DNA of 64,000 nucleotides from Azolla caroliniana. Its lineage: Eukaryota; Plantae; Polypodiophyta. Every line of letters starts with the position of its first letter. Position 1 is the stretch's first letter. The stretch lies in NCBI GenBank assembly GCA_043228905.1, contig JBHGNT010000011.1, positions 19,778,001 through 19,842,000 of the forward strand. Direction: 5' to 3'. Both the position numbers and the translations under genes were made by a program. Of the stretch, positions 37,613 through 50,634 are shown piece by piece. A model generated the notes under the pieces. It made no database searches and was not told the origin of the DNA. It saw only the letters and a list, made by a program, of their open reading frames with translations.

Positions 37613-40605
37613 ATGAGTCACAATGATGAGACTGATCATGAAGGAGATATGGAACACCAATGTGATTTAAGTAATCATACTACCACCAGTAGTGACCAAC
37701 ATATGTTCTGCTTCCCCAACAAGAACAAGCTTCAAGACAATGGCCATAATAAGACCACCTCTGGTATTGTTATCATCAATGATCTTGACAAGTCCATGAC
37801 CTTGATCAGTTGGAAGGAGATGAAGATACAGGCCTGCCTGGCTGGACCCCTCATCATGGGCAACCTCCTCAGCTTCTTCTTGCAGATGGTCTCTCTCACC
37901 TTCGTCGGCCATTGTGGAGAGCTCGAGCTTTCGGGTGCCTCCATAGCTAACTCCTTCGCTACTGTCACGGGCTTCAGTGTTGTGGTATACCTTATCCTTC
38001 TTAAAAAACAAAAACAAATAACAAAACAAAAAAATCAATCCAACTTAAATTGATTTGTATCTATCACATTGTAGCTAGGCATGGGTTCTGCGCTTGATAC
38101 GTTATGTGGACAAGCTTACGGGGCAGGTCAATACGAGAAGCTCGGAATTTACCTTCAGAGAGCGATCTTTGTGCTCAATACCACATCTATTCCTCTAGCT
38201 CTGTTATGGGCCAACATGGAAACTTTACTTGTTTTCCTTGGCCAGGATGCTCAAATAGCAAGCAAAGCAGGAACATATGCAAAATGGATTATTCCCACCT
38301 TGTTTGCGTCGTCGACAAGCCAACCATTTGTCAAATTTCTGCAATCACAAAGTGTTGTTTCCCCACTCTTCTTCATCTACATGTCCACGTTGATCCTCCA
38401 TGTGCCCATCTGTTGGTTCTTGGTGTTCCAATCCGGCATAGGTTATGTTGGGGCAGCCATTGCCAACAGCATTTCGTATTGGCTGAATGTTCTCCTTATC
38501 TCACTTTATGTCAAGTTTTCGAGTAAGTTTGCAAAGACTAGAGCACCGCTGTCTTGGAAAGCACTTCAAGATTTGGGAGGGTTCTTCCGGCTAGCCATCC
38601 CATCAGCTGCTATGATATGGTATTTAAGATACACATACATCAGTATTAGTTTGTCGATATGCTAGTGCCACTCAAACTTTACCTCAGTTCTTTTTTTCTT
38701 GTGGTTTTCTTGTCACAGTTTGGAGTGGTGGTCGTACGAGATATTGGTGATTCTTTCGGGATTATTAAGTAATCCTGAGCTCCAAACAGCAACAATCTCT
38801 ATATGGTACATGACATATTCATGATATGAACCAGTGTTGAAGGTTAGAGATGTCATAGAGATTGACAATTGATAACATTATCTGAAAACATTGCCTTTTT
38901 TCTTTTCTTCTTTTTTCCTCTACAGTGGGAGCACAGAGTCATTGATTTTTATGATACCCATGGGTTTTGGAGCAGCTGCCAGGTGAGGCCTTAAATGTGA
39001 AACTCCTAAGGGGAGGAGAGTACAATTCTCCTAATTTTGTGTATTCACCAGAATACCCTTAAGTTTACAACAATTATCATAATGCCCGCAAGTATTTGTG
39101 TGTTCACTAAAATACCTCATAAGTTTGCTTGCATTATGGGGTCATGCTAAAGTGTTTTAAAATTAACAGTCTGACCCCCATATGTAGTAGTACTACCAAG
39201 GTTTGGGAAAACGTGAGGGGTTTTTCAAACAGCCTAGGAGGTATTCTGCTGAAATACCAACGACCTGTCTTGGTGTTCTGCTGACCTTACTCTTTTATCA
39301 AATCTTTATGTCCATCTGTGAATTCTCTAACAACAAGTTGCATATTTATCAATAAAATTGTAGACAATTGTTGTATGTTGGACAAATCGGTTAATATGTT
39401 TTCCAGCACCAGAGTTGCTAATGAGCTAGGGGCAGGTAATCCATGGGCGGCCCGAGCTGTGGTGAACGCTGCACTTGCACTTACCTTCAGCATGGCCATG
39501 CTTGTTGCATGTTTTTTGCTCCTAGTTCGGAATGTATGGGGTCTAGTGTATAGCAACGAGGAAGAGGTCATCGAGACTGTGAAAGGACTCATTCCTTTGC
39601 TTGCGCTGTCCACAACAGTAGATGGCCTGCAAGCTGTCCTTTCAGGTATATATCAATATGCATACATATCGGTGGAGACTCCGGAATATCCCTGAGTTTT
39701 TGTTACTTCCACAAATGCCCCGACTTTTTTGTTATTTTTTTGAATGCCTATGGTGAACCTCCCTGATGAAAAAAAATAATATGGGGATCAATTGACCATA
39801 TAATTTGTCAAATGACACATAATCAGAAAGGGGGGGCATTTTCGGAAATAAGGAAAAAGTCAGGTATTTTTTGTGTTTCCCCCTTTATTATAGAAATCAC
39901 AAAATTCTGTTTTGATGAAGCTCATGCAAGGATGCTTTTATATTGATGTTGGTTTATCCCTGTTTTCGACATTTTGATTTGTGTTGGGGGCCTTAGGTGT
40001 TGCAAGGGGTGCTGGGTGGCAAAAATCCGGAGCCTTCGTTAACTTGGGTTCATTCTATGTCGTCGGGTTGCCCGTTGGTTGTGTTCTAGCATTTTGGTCT
40101 CATCTTCAGGGCAAGGTATATCCATGAAAACCATAAAACAATAACTTCTATGAACAAGGAAATTTATGTCTTTCTCACGAAATTTCATTGATTTAGAGGC
40201 AAGATAAAATGGTTACTATTTCCTTGTGTCTAGAGAGTTTCTAATGGGCACTTTAATGTTTTGCTAAATTTACATCGACCCTAACAAATTCTTGTTTGCT
40301 ACTCTGATGTTTTGAATGTGCTAGGGTCTTTGGCTCGGGTTGATTATTGGTGCATCTGTACAACTAGTTTCCTATTTAATAATAATCACTCGTTTCACTG
40401 ATTGGAAGAAAGAGGTAAAGGAATGTTAATGCTACGCAAATCTTTTTTGTATGTTGTTGGTCTAGTCACATGCTAAGAAAACATGGATTTAGTACTGACA
40501 AGTTTTAATTTGTGTGATGATATTAAATAGGCTGAGAAAGCAGTATTGCGAATGAGTTCACCTTATACATTAGCAACTGAACCCCTCCTTAGTGCTGATA
40601 AATAA
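37613..40605 (+). CDS. DTX: MATE/DTX efflux transporter, copy 2
   Basis: Same 8-exon structure and near-identical sequence to copy 1; last exon 40531-40605. No lesion seen. Confidence 0.92.
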
Positions 40606-41934
40606 ACTAATTTCTTGGGCATGAAAGTATACGGCGCTTTCCAAGAATGAATAAATAAAATCAAAGAGAGGTTTTCCAATAGATCTAGACATATGCTGAT
40701 TGTGTGTTTTTTCCCATTGGACTCAAAACACATCAGCAAGATAAAAAGGAAGTCAACAAGAGCTCTCTATTGAAAGCCACAAAATGAAGAGAATATACAT
40801 CATATTCATGTAATCTTGTTTACTTTCTCTTGAGAGTGTAGAATTTGCTTGTGAGGCCAGTTGGTTTTATTGGAAAACAATATGTTTGTGATTTGAAAAG
40901 GTATTAGAAATTTTTGGACCTAATATACATACGAGAAAACATTGTTACGGTCATTTCTTTAACTATTCCAAATAATAATCCACCTATTCTCTGACATCAA
41001 TAATAAATCCATGGGAATAACATAATATCGAGCAAGGGAATGTTAGGACTTAGCACACTTTTGCCCGTGGATCATCTATAAAATTTGCATTTCATTTAAA
41101 ATTTAAGCTTTTAGTTTATGATGTAAAATAAATACAAAGAGAAGGGGATTATTTAACATGTCATAAAAATAGTTGCTAATATACAAATTTTGATCTTGCA
41201 ATTAACTTCATTATAATTGCAAGATTATATTTTCTGTCTTTTGTGGATTGTATTGTAAAAACATACAGCTTGATGGTGGATAGTGGTGATGTATTTTCTA
41301 ATAGATATCTAAGGCTTCTCGTGCTGATCTCTTATGAGTGATTTTTTCAGTAGGGAATTGTGCTTAATCCTTGTGGTTTAAAAGCTATGATTTCCCATTT
41401 GGAAACAAAGGCAAGCAACAAAATTAAATCTTCTATAATAAATTTCTCAATACAATGTTAATCATGAAAACATGCATTTATTAATTCAAAGCACATTTAA
41501 AAGTTATTTCTTTTTATCATGGGTATCAATTGCTTGGGTTGATGCATGAAAATAATCTTGTCTTTCTTAGATAATGGTCTTCCTTCAAAATGTGATTTGC
41601 ATCATGTCATGGTTGTTTAAATAAAACAATTCTAAACAAATCCAATGATGTGTTTGTATTATGCTCATTATGGGTTGGTGAGGTTTTAATCTAGATTCTG
41701 TGTTTTGCGTTATGCAATTTCATGCTTACCAATAATATACTAAAAGGATGACCCATACTTCCGAAGAAGGGCATTAGATTAGGGGCATGGCTTCCACTTT
41801 TAGCATGATATAAGGTCTTGAGCTCAATTCTGATAATGCTCCATCAATCTATTTACTTGGGCAATTTAGAAAAAGCAATATCACTAGCATAATACTTGCG
41901 GTTATACCAAATATGATACTATTCATTATAAACA

Positions 41935-42472
41935 ACTCATTGATCTTCATGGTGTAGCTTCCGATTGACATATCTCTATGTTGAATGTTATTTAACTCTT
42001 GATGGAGTTGAATTTTTCATGCGGTTGTGTTGGTTGCGAATATCTTTTTGAGGTTCCTGCACGCTTCCTTCGGCGTTTTGGCCCCTCGAATATAGCTGAG
42101 CATGTGATCATGAATGCATGATGCAAGGCAGTACATCACACGGTTTGCCGCGTGCTCCCATGTTGGGTAGTCGACATGTGTTGTGTTGGGTTGGGTTATG
42201 TTCTTGTGCTCCCTCAATGTAACTCCAATAGCCCTAGCTGACAAGGTATTGGTGCATCTTGTACTCCAGAGTTATGAAGTTGTTTCTGTTAAGTTTCTTG
42301 GTAGGAAGAGTGCTTCCCATTTGAGTATAATGATGGTCGATTTGTTTGGAGTGAGTTTTCTTCTTCTTCTATGGGATACGAACTATGTTGTTGCTACAAC
42401 GATCAGTCAATTCTTCGTCAACGTCAGCTTACGCACGACACAGGCGGTTGGGCTTGGATCAAGCTACTAATC

Positions 42473-42475
<3 letters not shown>
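41935..42475 (-). mobile_element. Ty1/copia gag fragment (degenerate)
   Basis: KLNRNNF..EYKMHQYLV..GYWSYIEG, YPTWEHAANRVMYCLASCIHDHMLSYIRGAKTPKEA..NLKKIFA, resembling the UBN2-type gag region. Confidence 0.75.
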
Positions 42476-42512
<37 letters not shown>

Positions 42513-42517
<5 letters not shown>

Positions 42518-45500
42518 ATTATTGTCTTCGGAGGTCAAATATGACCTATGAGACTAAAAATATTACATTTTACGTGATACGTGTGAAAGTGAGTAGTGAC
42601 TCTCGATGTTCAAGAACTTTACCAATGAATGTTGCAATCGAGAGTGCACATTGTGGTTGTGAGAGGAATTCATGCAAGGATTGGGCTCGGTCGAAGAGAT
42701 GTGGAAAGCATGGTCGAATATGATCAAAGGCAGAGCATTGTATCAAAGTTTGATACTCAAACTCGTGAACTTGTTTAGGGAAAAGTGTGCATAGTCGACC
42801 ACTCTCATCATTTGTGCCCCAACGCCCTGTCTCACATCGCAATGCATGTGAGCTAAGTCGCATGGAAGCAATGGTTCGAATGGCAGATAACGGTATGGGT
42901 TCTAACATGTATCGATGTGTACGATTTCCCCGTTCCGCAAAAAATATGGTTTTGTAGTTAGGTGCAACATGTGTAGTATAATGTGTGAAGCGTGAGCCTC
43001 CACATTTGTCCCATGTCATGATACATTAGCGTTGCAAAAAGGCTTCATTTATAGAGGAATCTAATGATGGATCATGAAGCAAGTGTCTTGCATCCCATCT
43101 ACCCAAACCATTTTTCTATATCTTGCATCCAATCGGAACACAAAATTTTGGTTTTATGCATCTTTTGGATCTTTTTGCTTGCTTCCCATGCAATTCTAGG
43201 AAGTCGATGTGAGGGACATTTTTGAACCTTAAGCATGTATTCAACAACCCTTTCCATGGCCATGATCTCAATGGGAAGCGATCCCGTCTCAAGGAGGAGG
43301 AGGGTGTAGGGGGTTTGTTTCTTAACTTGTAGAAACTTTGTAAGAAAATGTTTTTGGACATTTTCAAACTTTTTCCACATAGATTTAGGGATGCTACTGC
43401 CCCATACTTCCACCCCATAGAGAAGAACCGGTGTCACCAAAGTGTCGAAAAGATATTTCTAAGGACCTAACACTTAATATCTCTAAGATTGCATGTGCTC
43501 TCAAATGCATAATATGCTTGCTTACCCGCCTCTCAGAGGCGTGTAGCACATTCATTCCATCTATGATTTGAAGGAACTTCAAGGCCAAGATATTTAAAGC
43601 TTTCCACACATTCAAGTGGCTCATTGTTGTACATAATGCATGGTTTATCTCTTTTTTGGCTCTTCACAAGCATAATCTTTGTTTTAGAGCTATTGACACT
43701 TAATTTAGTATGCATGCAAATTTTTTCCAATGCCTTCATAAGCTTTTGTGCATCTCCTAAATTATTTGCAAAAAGTACTACATCATTTGCATATAGCAAA
43801 AGCATAATCACAACATTCCCAATGGTAACTTCTTCAATACATTCTTCCTTTGCAAACTTGGCAACCATTTCTTCAAATTCATCAATGCATAGACCAAATA
43901 GTGTTGGTGAGAGTGAGCATCCTTGCTTAACACCAATAGTGCTTTTGAAAAAATCTGAAAGTTTATCTCTCATGCGCACACAACATATAACCTTCTCATA
44001 AATTCGGGAAATTGCAAGCATATATTCACTTGGCACCTCAAGTTCTTCCATTTGCCTCCAAAGATGCTCACGAGGCACCATATCGAAAGCTTTCTTGAAG
44101 TCTACAAAGTAACAATATAAACCTTTACCTCTAAGGCGACTTTCCTCCATTAATACTCGAAGGGTGACAAAGCCAGCTTGTCCATAAGCTCTCTTACCAT
44201 TTTTTTCAGCTCATACACTTATCGTTGATTCCATTATACATCCAAACAGTTTTGCCATTAATGAGCCAACCATGATGGTTCGATAGTTATTTACATTATT
44301 TACAACTCCACCTTTATGTAAAGGTTTGATCCAATATGTAGTCCAATCGTACGACATACCATGTTGCAATGCATCATTAAACATATCGCTTATCCATACA
44401 TGTGCTTCCTTTCCCGTCCATTTGAGCATTTCAACCTTTATACATTGAAGATCGATTGCCTTTTGAGAGGCCAATTTCTTAAGTCCTATGCATATATCTT
44501 CAATTGTAAAGAAGGGAGACATATGTGAAAGAAAACCATAACACATCATCTTTCCGGCAAGAGATAACTCATATAAATTCTTATAATGCATAGACAAGTC
44601 ATGAAGAGTTAAGTAACCATAACTCTCAACACGTTTCCCCTTTAGATTTCCCCAAAATTTGGCACATGCATGTGCTTTCTCTTGCGTTTGGATAAATTGT
44701 TGAGTAACTTCCCATATTCTTCTCTTTCTTTGAATAAGCCTTTTATACTAATGCAAATGCTTTTAGTTACTCTCTTTATCCTTAACTACATCCAAAACCA
44801 TAAGGCACTTTTGAGCTTCATGACATTCTTTGTCAAACCAGTTTTTCTTAAGTTTCTTGGTGCATTTCCAAGATCATGTGCAGTTGGTCGAAAAACATTT
44901 GTTTGTACAAGAGAGAATGACTGTTTTGAAAGCTTCCCATTTGCATTTTAGTGTGGCACCAAGTTGTATCTTTGTCATTTGTAACATATCCTCAACCATC
45001 TTGGAATACATGGATGCTTGCTTAAGGTTCATGCTCAAGTGCGGTTGTTTATTATCTTCAATATCCTTCTCACAATCAAACCTATGCATACATTTGAGAT
45101 CAATACATAAAGGCCTATGATCGAATTCCGGTGTCCATTCACCAAGTGAGAATTTATGTCTACGATCTAAAATACCTTCGGAAAGTATCACATAATCAAT
45201 CACTCTATTTCCGTTGTGTTTTCTACATGTAAAAGCATTATTGTTGGGCCATAAGGAAATACCATTTGCAATAAGCAATCCGGTAATATTGCACATTTGT
45301 AGGAGTAACTTCCCAAATTGGTCTAGATCTTTTTCATCGCAAGAAGAGCGGCTATACATTTGCATATCCTCTTGCATCCTTGAGATATGTGGCATGAAAG
45401 ATTCTTGTGAATCCAGTTCGAAACTTCTTGTATGAGCATTCATGTCACCAAAGACAATAACTTCCCCTTTGGAGAAAACACGGTGTATAGAGAAAACAAT

Positions 45501-46776
45501 AAAGGTTTCATCTTGGCCTGTTCCTGTTCCCATTGTGCCAATATCTTTGGTATATCACCGAAATAATAACATAAAAATGCACACATTTTGCATAGATGGT
45601 CGTTGATTATTGGCAGAACCATTGTCCCTAGTGAATTATTTATTTTCCAATTTTGTTTCTGTAATGGTAGACTGATTTTATTGTTCTTATCAAACCTAAT
45701 ATTGAAAGGTTTTGTCCCTTGATTAGATTGTTTATACTGTGACCCTTGCCACGGTTTTGGCCTTCCTTTCAAGTTATCATAATTATGTGCATGTGATAAC
45801 CCCATAAGATCCCTAGAGGAACTACCCTTCTCTTGCCCACGATGTTCGTACACTTTGTCATTTTGGTACCTTGGATGATTGACCTTAGAGGTCACCTTAA
45901 TCCAAGATCCATCCTCATCCCTTAAATCTTGTTGTCTTTCTTCAATATCTTTTTCTTTATGTTCCAAAATAATGACACCCTTACCTTTTTCCACATTTGC
46001 CCCCTTACTTTTCAGCATCTCATTATCTTCACCACATATTCTAGCATTAACACAACACCATGGGAATTATTAGTCACCTCCACCACTTGTTTTTGTTGAC
46101 ATTCTGCCATGAAGTGGCCCAAACCACCACATCGGAAGTAATGACCGGCGAATAATCCCCAATGTAATTGGCAACGGAATGACCTCATCTCTTTAGTTTT
46201 TATGTTTAGCCACAAAGGTCTCTTTTTAGCTGTAGTCCATAACATACATAACCTATATCTATTATATGCTTTGGCATTTGGGGCTACTATCACCTTTCCC
46301 AATTATTCCATTGCACCTTGAAGTATAGGCCATAAGAAAGAAAATTTACACTCTACTTCCACCCATATTGGACAATCTTGTTTCAAAATTTCGTGAAACT
46401 CGAATAGTGGTCTCCAAGGGACAATATAGACTAAATTATTATTGTAAAAGATCAGCAGACGTGATAACAATCTATCCTGTTGTTCTTCAGTGCGAAAAAT
46501 GACCTCAAAAAAACCCCTTGGATCTTTATACACATCTTCCACACTATTTCTACCTACCATTGCATTTAACCATTGTGCCATCGAATGCACCAAATGATTT
46601 TTCCATGTAAAGAAGCAAATGATGCCTCTCTCACGAAACATGGGTAACGCCTTTAAAATTTCCGTACATGGCATCTCCACGTCTAGAATCTCATCCTCTT
46701 CTACATTGTCCACCATATCTGTCCAGTAAAATATCATTGAGCATTTCATTAGGAACTACATGCATTACATCCGAAT

Positions 46777-46779
<3 letters not shown>
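42513..46779 (-). mobile_element. Near full-length degenerate LINE: ORF1 (DUF4283-like + zinc knuckle), APE endonuclease, RT, C-terminal Cys motif
   Basis: ORF1: RGFFEVIF, IVPWRP, CPIWVE, FRCGGLGHFMAEC. APE: VFGDMNA, VIDYVILS, DHRPL. RT: FVDFKKAFD, GVKQGCSLSPTLF, LLYANDVVL, FKYLG. C-terminus: RLSSHALRCETGRW. Flanked by (GA)n 42476-42512 and (TC)n 46780-46808. Confidence 0.9.
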
Positions 46780-46812
<33 letters not shown>

Positions 46813-47275
46813 GCTCTTTTTATTATTGTGAAAACACACAATTATCTTAATAAATGTTGGTAAAACCAGACAATTGTAAAATCCATTTAGTTACAACACT
46901 TCTGTCTCCTCTACCCATCATATCTGCAGCGTTTCCTTTGACTCACTCTCCTCTGTTCTTCGTCCCCTTCCCACCTTTCCTTATCCTTTTGATGTGGATT
47001 TCGGTTCTCGTCTTCATCTGAGGCTCTTATTCATTCCTACAAACTTCCACAGTCTCTCTTTACATACGTAGAAGTCATAAAGATTCATCCTCTTCCTTTA
47101 TATTCATTATCATCATCGAAACCTTTATGCAATTGAATATGTACAGACACTGCTTTTATTTATATTTCTCTCTAGCCTTGCTAAGACTTGGCTTCTGATA
47201 GATTCATTAGCTTGCTAACCTGAACTCTCTATTGGGTTTTAAAAAATAATAATTATTCTGTAATCCCCCCCAATC

Positions 47276-50172
47276 ATGAGTCACAATGATGAGATTGATC
47301 ATGAAGGAGATATGGAACACCAATGTGATTTAAGTAATCCTACCACCGCCAGTAGTGACCAACATATGTTCTGCTTCCCCAACAAGAACAAGCTTCAAGA
47401 CAATGGCCATAATAATAAGACCACCTCTGGTATTGTTGTCATGAATGATCTTGGGAAGTCCATGACCTTGGTCAGTTGGAAGGAGATGAAGGTACAGGCC
47501 TGCCTGGCTGGACCCCTCATCATGGGCAACCTCCTCAGTTTCCTCTTGCAGATGGTATCTCTCACCTTCGTCGGCCATTGCGGAGAGCTCGAGCTTTCGG
47601 GTGCCTCCATCGCTAACTCCTTCGCCACCGTCACTGGCTTCAGCGTTGTGGTATGCCTTATCATTCTTAAATGACAGAAACTGTTGCTTTCCCCCCCAAA
47701 TAAAAACCAAAACAAAACAATAAAACCGATCCGACTTAACTTGATTTGTATCTATCACATTGTAGCTAGGCATGGCTGCTGCTCTGGAGACGTTATGTGG
47801 ACAAGCGTACGGTGCCGGTCAATACGAGAACCTCGGAATTTATCTTCAGAGAGCGATCTTTGTCCTCAATGCCACATCTATTCCTCTAGCTCTGTTATGG
47901 GCCAACATGGAGACTTTACTTGTTTTCCTTGGCCAGGATGCTCAAATAGCAAGCAAAGCAGGGACTTATGCAAAATGGATTATTCCCACATTGTTTGCGT
48001 CGGCGACAAGCCAACCATTTGTCAAATTTCTGCAATCACAAAGCGATGTTTCCCCACTCTTTTTCATCTACATGTGCACGTTGATCCTCCATGTGCCCAT
48101 CTGTTGGTTCTTGGTGTTCCAATCCGGCATAGGTTATGTTGGGGCAGCCATTGCCAACAGCATTTCGTATTGGGTGAATGTTCTCCTTATCTCATTTTAT
48201 GTCATGTTTTCGAGTAAGTTTGCGAAGACAAGAGCACCGCTGTCTTGGAAAGCACTTCAAGATTTGGGAGGGTTCTTCCGGCTAGCCATCCCATCGGCTG
48301 CAATGATCTGGTATTTACGATACATATATACATCAGTACTAGTTTGCTGATATGCAGTGCCAGGCAAAATTTACCTCAAATAAATTTTTTTTTTTTTTTT
48401 TGGGGCGGGGGCTTTCTGGTCATAGTTTGGAGTGGTGGTCATACGAGATTTTGGTGATTCTTTCGGGGTTATTAAGTAATCCTGAACTCCAAACAGCAAC
48501 AATCTCTATATGGTACATGGCATATTCATGAAATGAACCAGTGTTGAAGGTTAGAGATTTCATGGAGATTGGCACTTGATAACATTTTCTTTTTTTTGGT
48601 TTTTTCTTTTTCAGTGTGAGCACAGAGGCCTTGATTTTTATGATACCCATGGGTTTTGGAGCAGCTGCCAGGTGAGGCCTTTAAATGTGAAACTCCATGC
48701 TCCTAATTTTGTGTATCCACCAGAATACCCATAGGTTTATGACAATTATCATAATGCTCGCAAGTATTTGTGTGTTCACTCGAATACCCCATAAGTTTAC
48801 ATGCATAATGGGGTCGTGTGAAGTGTTTTAAAATTAACAGTCTGCCCCCCCTATATGTAGTAATACTACCAAGGTTTCGGAAAACTTGAGAGGTTCTTCA
48901 AACAGCCTAGGAGGTATTCTGCTGAAATACCAATGACCGGTCTTGGTGTTCGGCTGACCTTACTCTTTTATCAAATCTTTATGTCCATCTGTGAGTGCTC
49001 TAACAAAAAGTTGCATATTTTATCAATAATGGTTGACAATCGGTTAATATGTTTTCCAGCACCAGAGTTGCTAATGAGCTAGGGGCAGGTAATCCATGGG
49101 CGGCCCGAGCTGTGGTGAGCGTTGCACTTGCACTTACCTTCAGCATGGCCATGCTTGTTGCATGTTTCTTGCTCCTAGTTCGGAATGTATGGGGTCTAGT
49201 GTATAGCAACGAGGAAGAGGTCATCGACACTGTGAAAGGACTCATTCCTTTGCTCGCACTGTCCACAACAGTAGATGCCCTGCAATCTGTCCTTTCAGGC
49301 ATGTATATATCGATATGTATACCTGCACAACTGCCCCCAGTTTTTTGTTATTTTTGGTTACCTCCCTTGAAGAAAAAACTTAATGTGGGGATCAATTGAC
49401 CATATACTTGGTCAAATGACACATAATCAGAAAGGGATTTGATGGGGGTATTTTCGGAATTAAGGAAAATGTGGGGGTATTTTTTGAGTTTCCCCCTTTA
49501 TTATAGAAATCACAAAATTCTGCTTTGATGAAGCTCATGCAAGGATGCTTTTATATTGATGTTGGTTTATCCCTGTTTTCGACATTTTGATTTGTGTTGG
49601 TGGCCTTAGGTGTTGCAAGGGGTGCTGGGTGGCAAAAATCCGGAGCCTTCGTTAACTTGGGTTCATTCTATGTTGTTGGGTTGCCCGTTGGTTGTGTTCT
49701 AGCATTTTTGTCTCATCTTCAAGGCAAGGTATATCCATGAAAACCATAAAACAATAACTTTGATGAACAAGGAAGTTTATGTCTTTATCACGAAATTTCA
49801 TTGATTTAGAGGCCAGATAAAATGGTTACTATTTCCTTGTGTCTAGAGAGTTTCTTTGCTATATTTACATCGAACCTAACACAATCTTGTTTGCTACTCT
49901 GATGTTTTGAATGCCCTAGGGTCTTTGGCTCGGGTTGACTATAGGTGCATCTGTACAACTGGTTTCCTATTTAATAATAGTCACTCGTTTCACTGATTGG
50001 AAAAAAGAGGTAAAAGAATGTTAATGTACTCAATCGTTTTTGTATGTTTTTGGATTTAGTACTAACAAGCTTTAATTTGTGTGACGATATTAAATAGGCT
50101 GAGAGAGCGGTATTGCGAATCAGTTCGCCTTACACATTAGTAACTGAACCCCTCCTTAGTGCTGATAAATAA
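47276..50172 (+). CDS. DTX: MATE/DTX efflux transporter, copy 3
   Basis: Same 8-exon structure; last exon 50098-50172. The distal upstream region seen in copies 1 and 2 is replaced by the LINE. Confidence 0.92.
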
Positions 50173-50634
50173 ACTAATTTCATGGGCATGAAAGTATACG
50201 GCGCTTTCCAAGAATGAATAAATAAAATCAAAGAGAGGTTTTCCAATAGATCTAAACATATAATGATTGTTTGTTTTTTCCCATTCGACTCGAACACATA
50301 TAATGAGGCATACATGTAATATCTATAAATCTTGTAATACTCTCCCAAGGGAAAAAGGGATACAATTAATTTAATCATGCTAAACAAGAAACAAAAACAA
50401 AGTTGGAACTACTAATATCAAATGCAAGAATCTCCTTGCATTTTCAGTGTCTTTGCACTTGCAATACATGTCTATAAGAGCATTGCTCACGAAGACAATC
50501 AAGTCATAACCACTTGCAACTATATATGGTTGTCATGTCTATCATTTGATTTGCAATAGTGATGTTTGCTAACAAACCATTTTTATAATAAGTTTATGTA
50601 ATTGCTTAGCACAATCCAGGTTTCCTTCTTTTTT

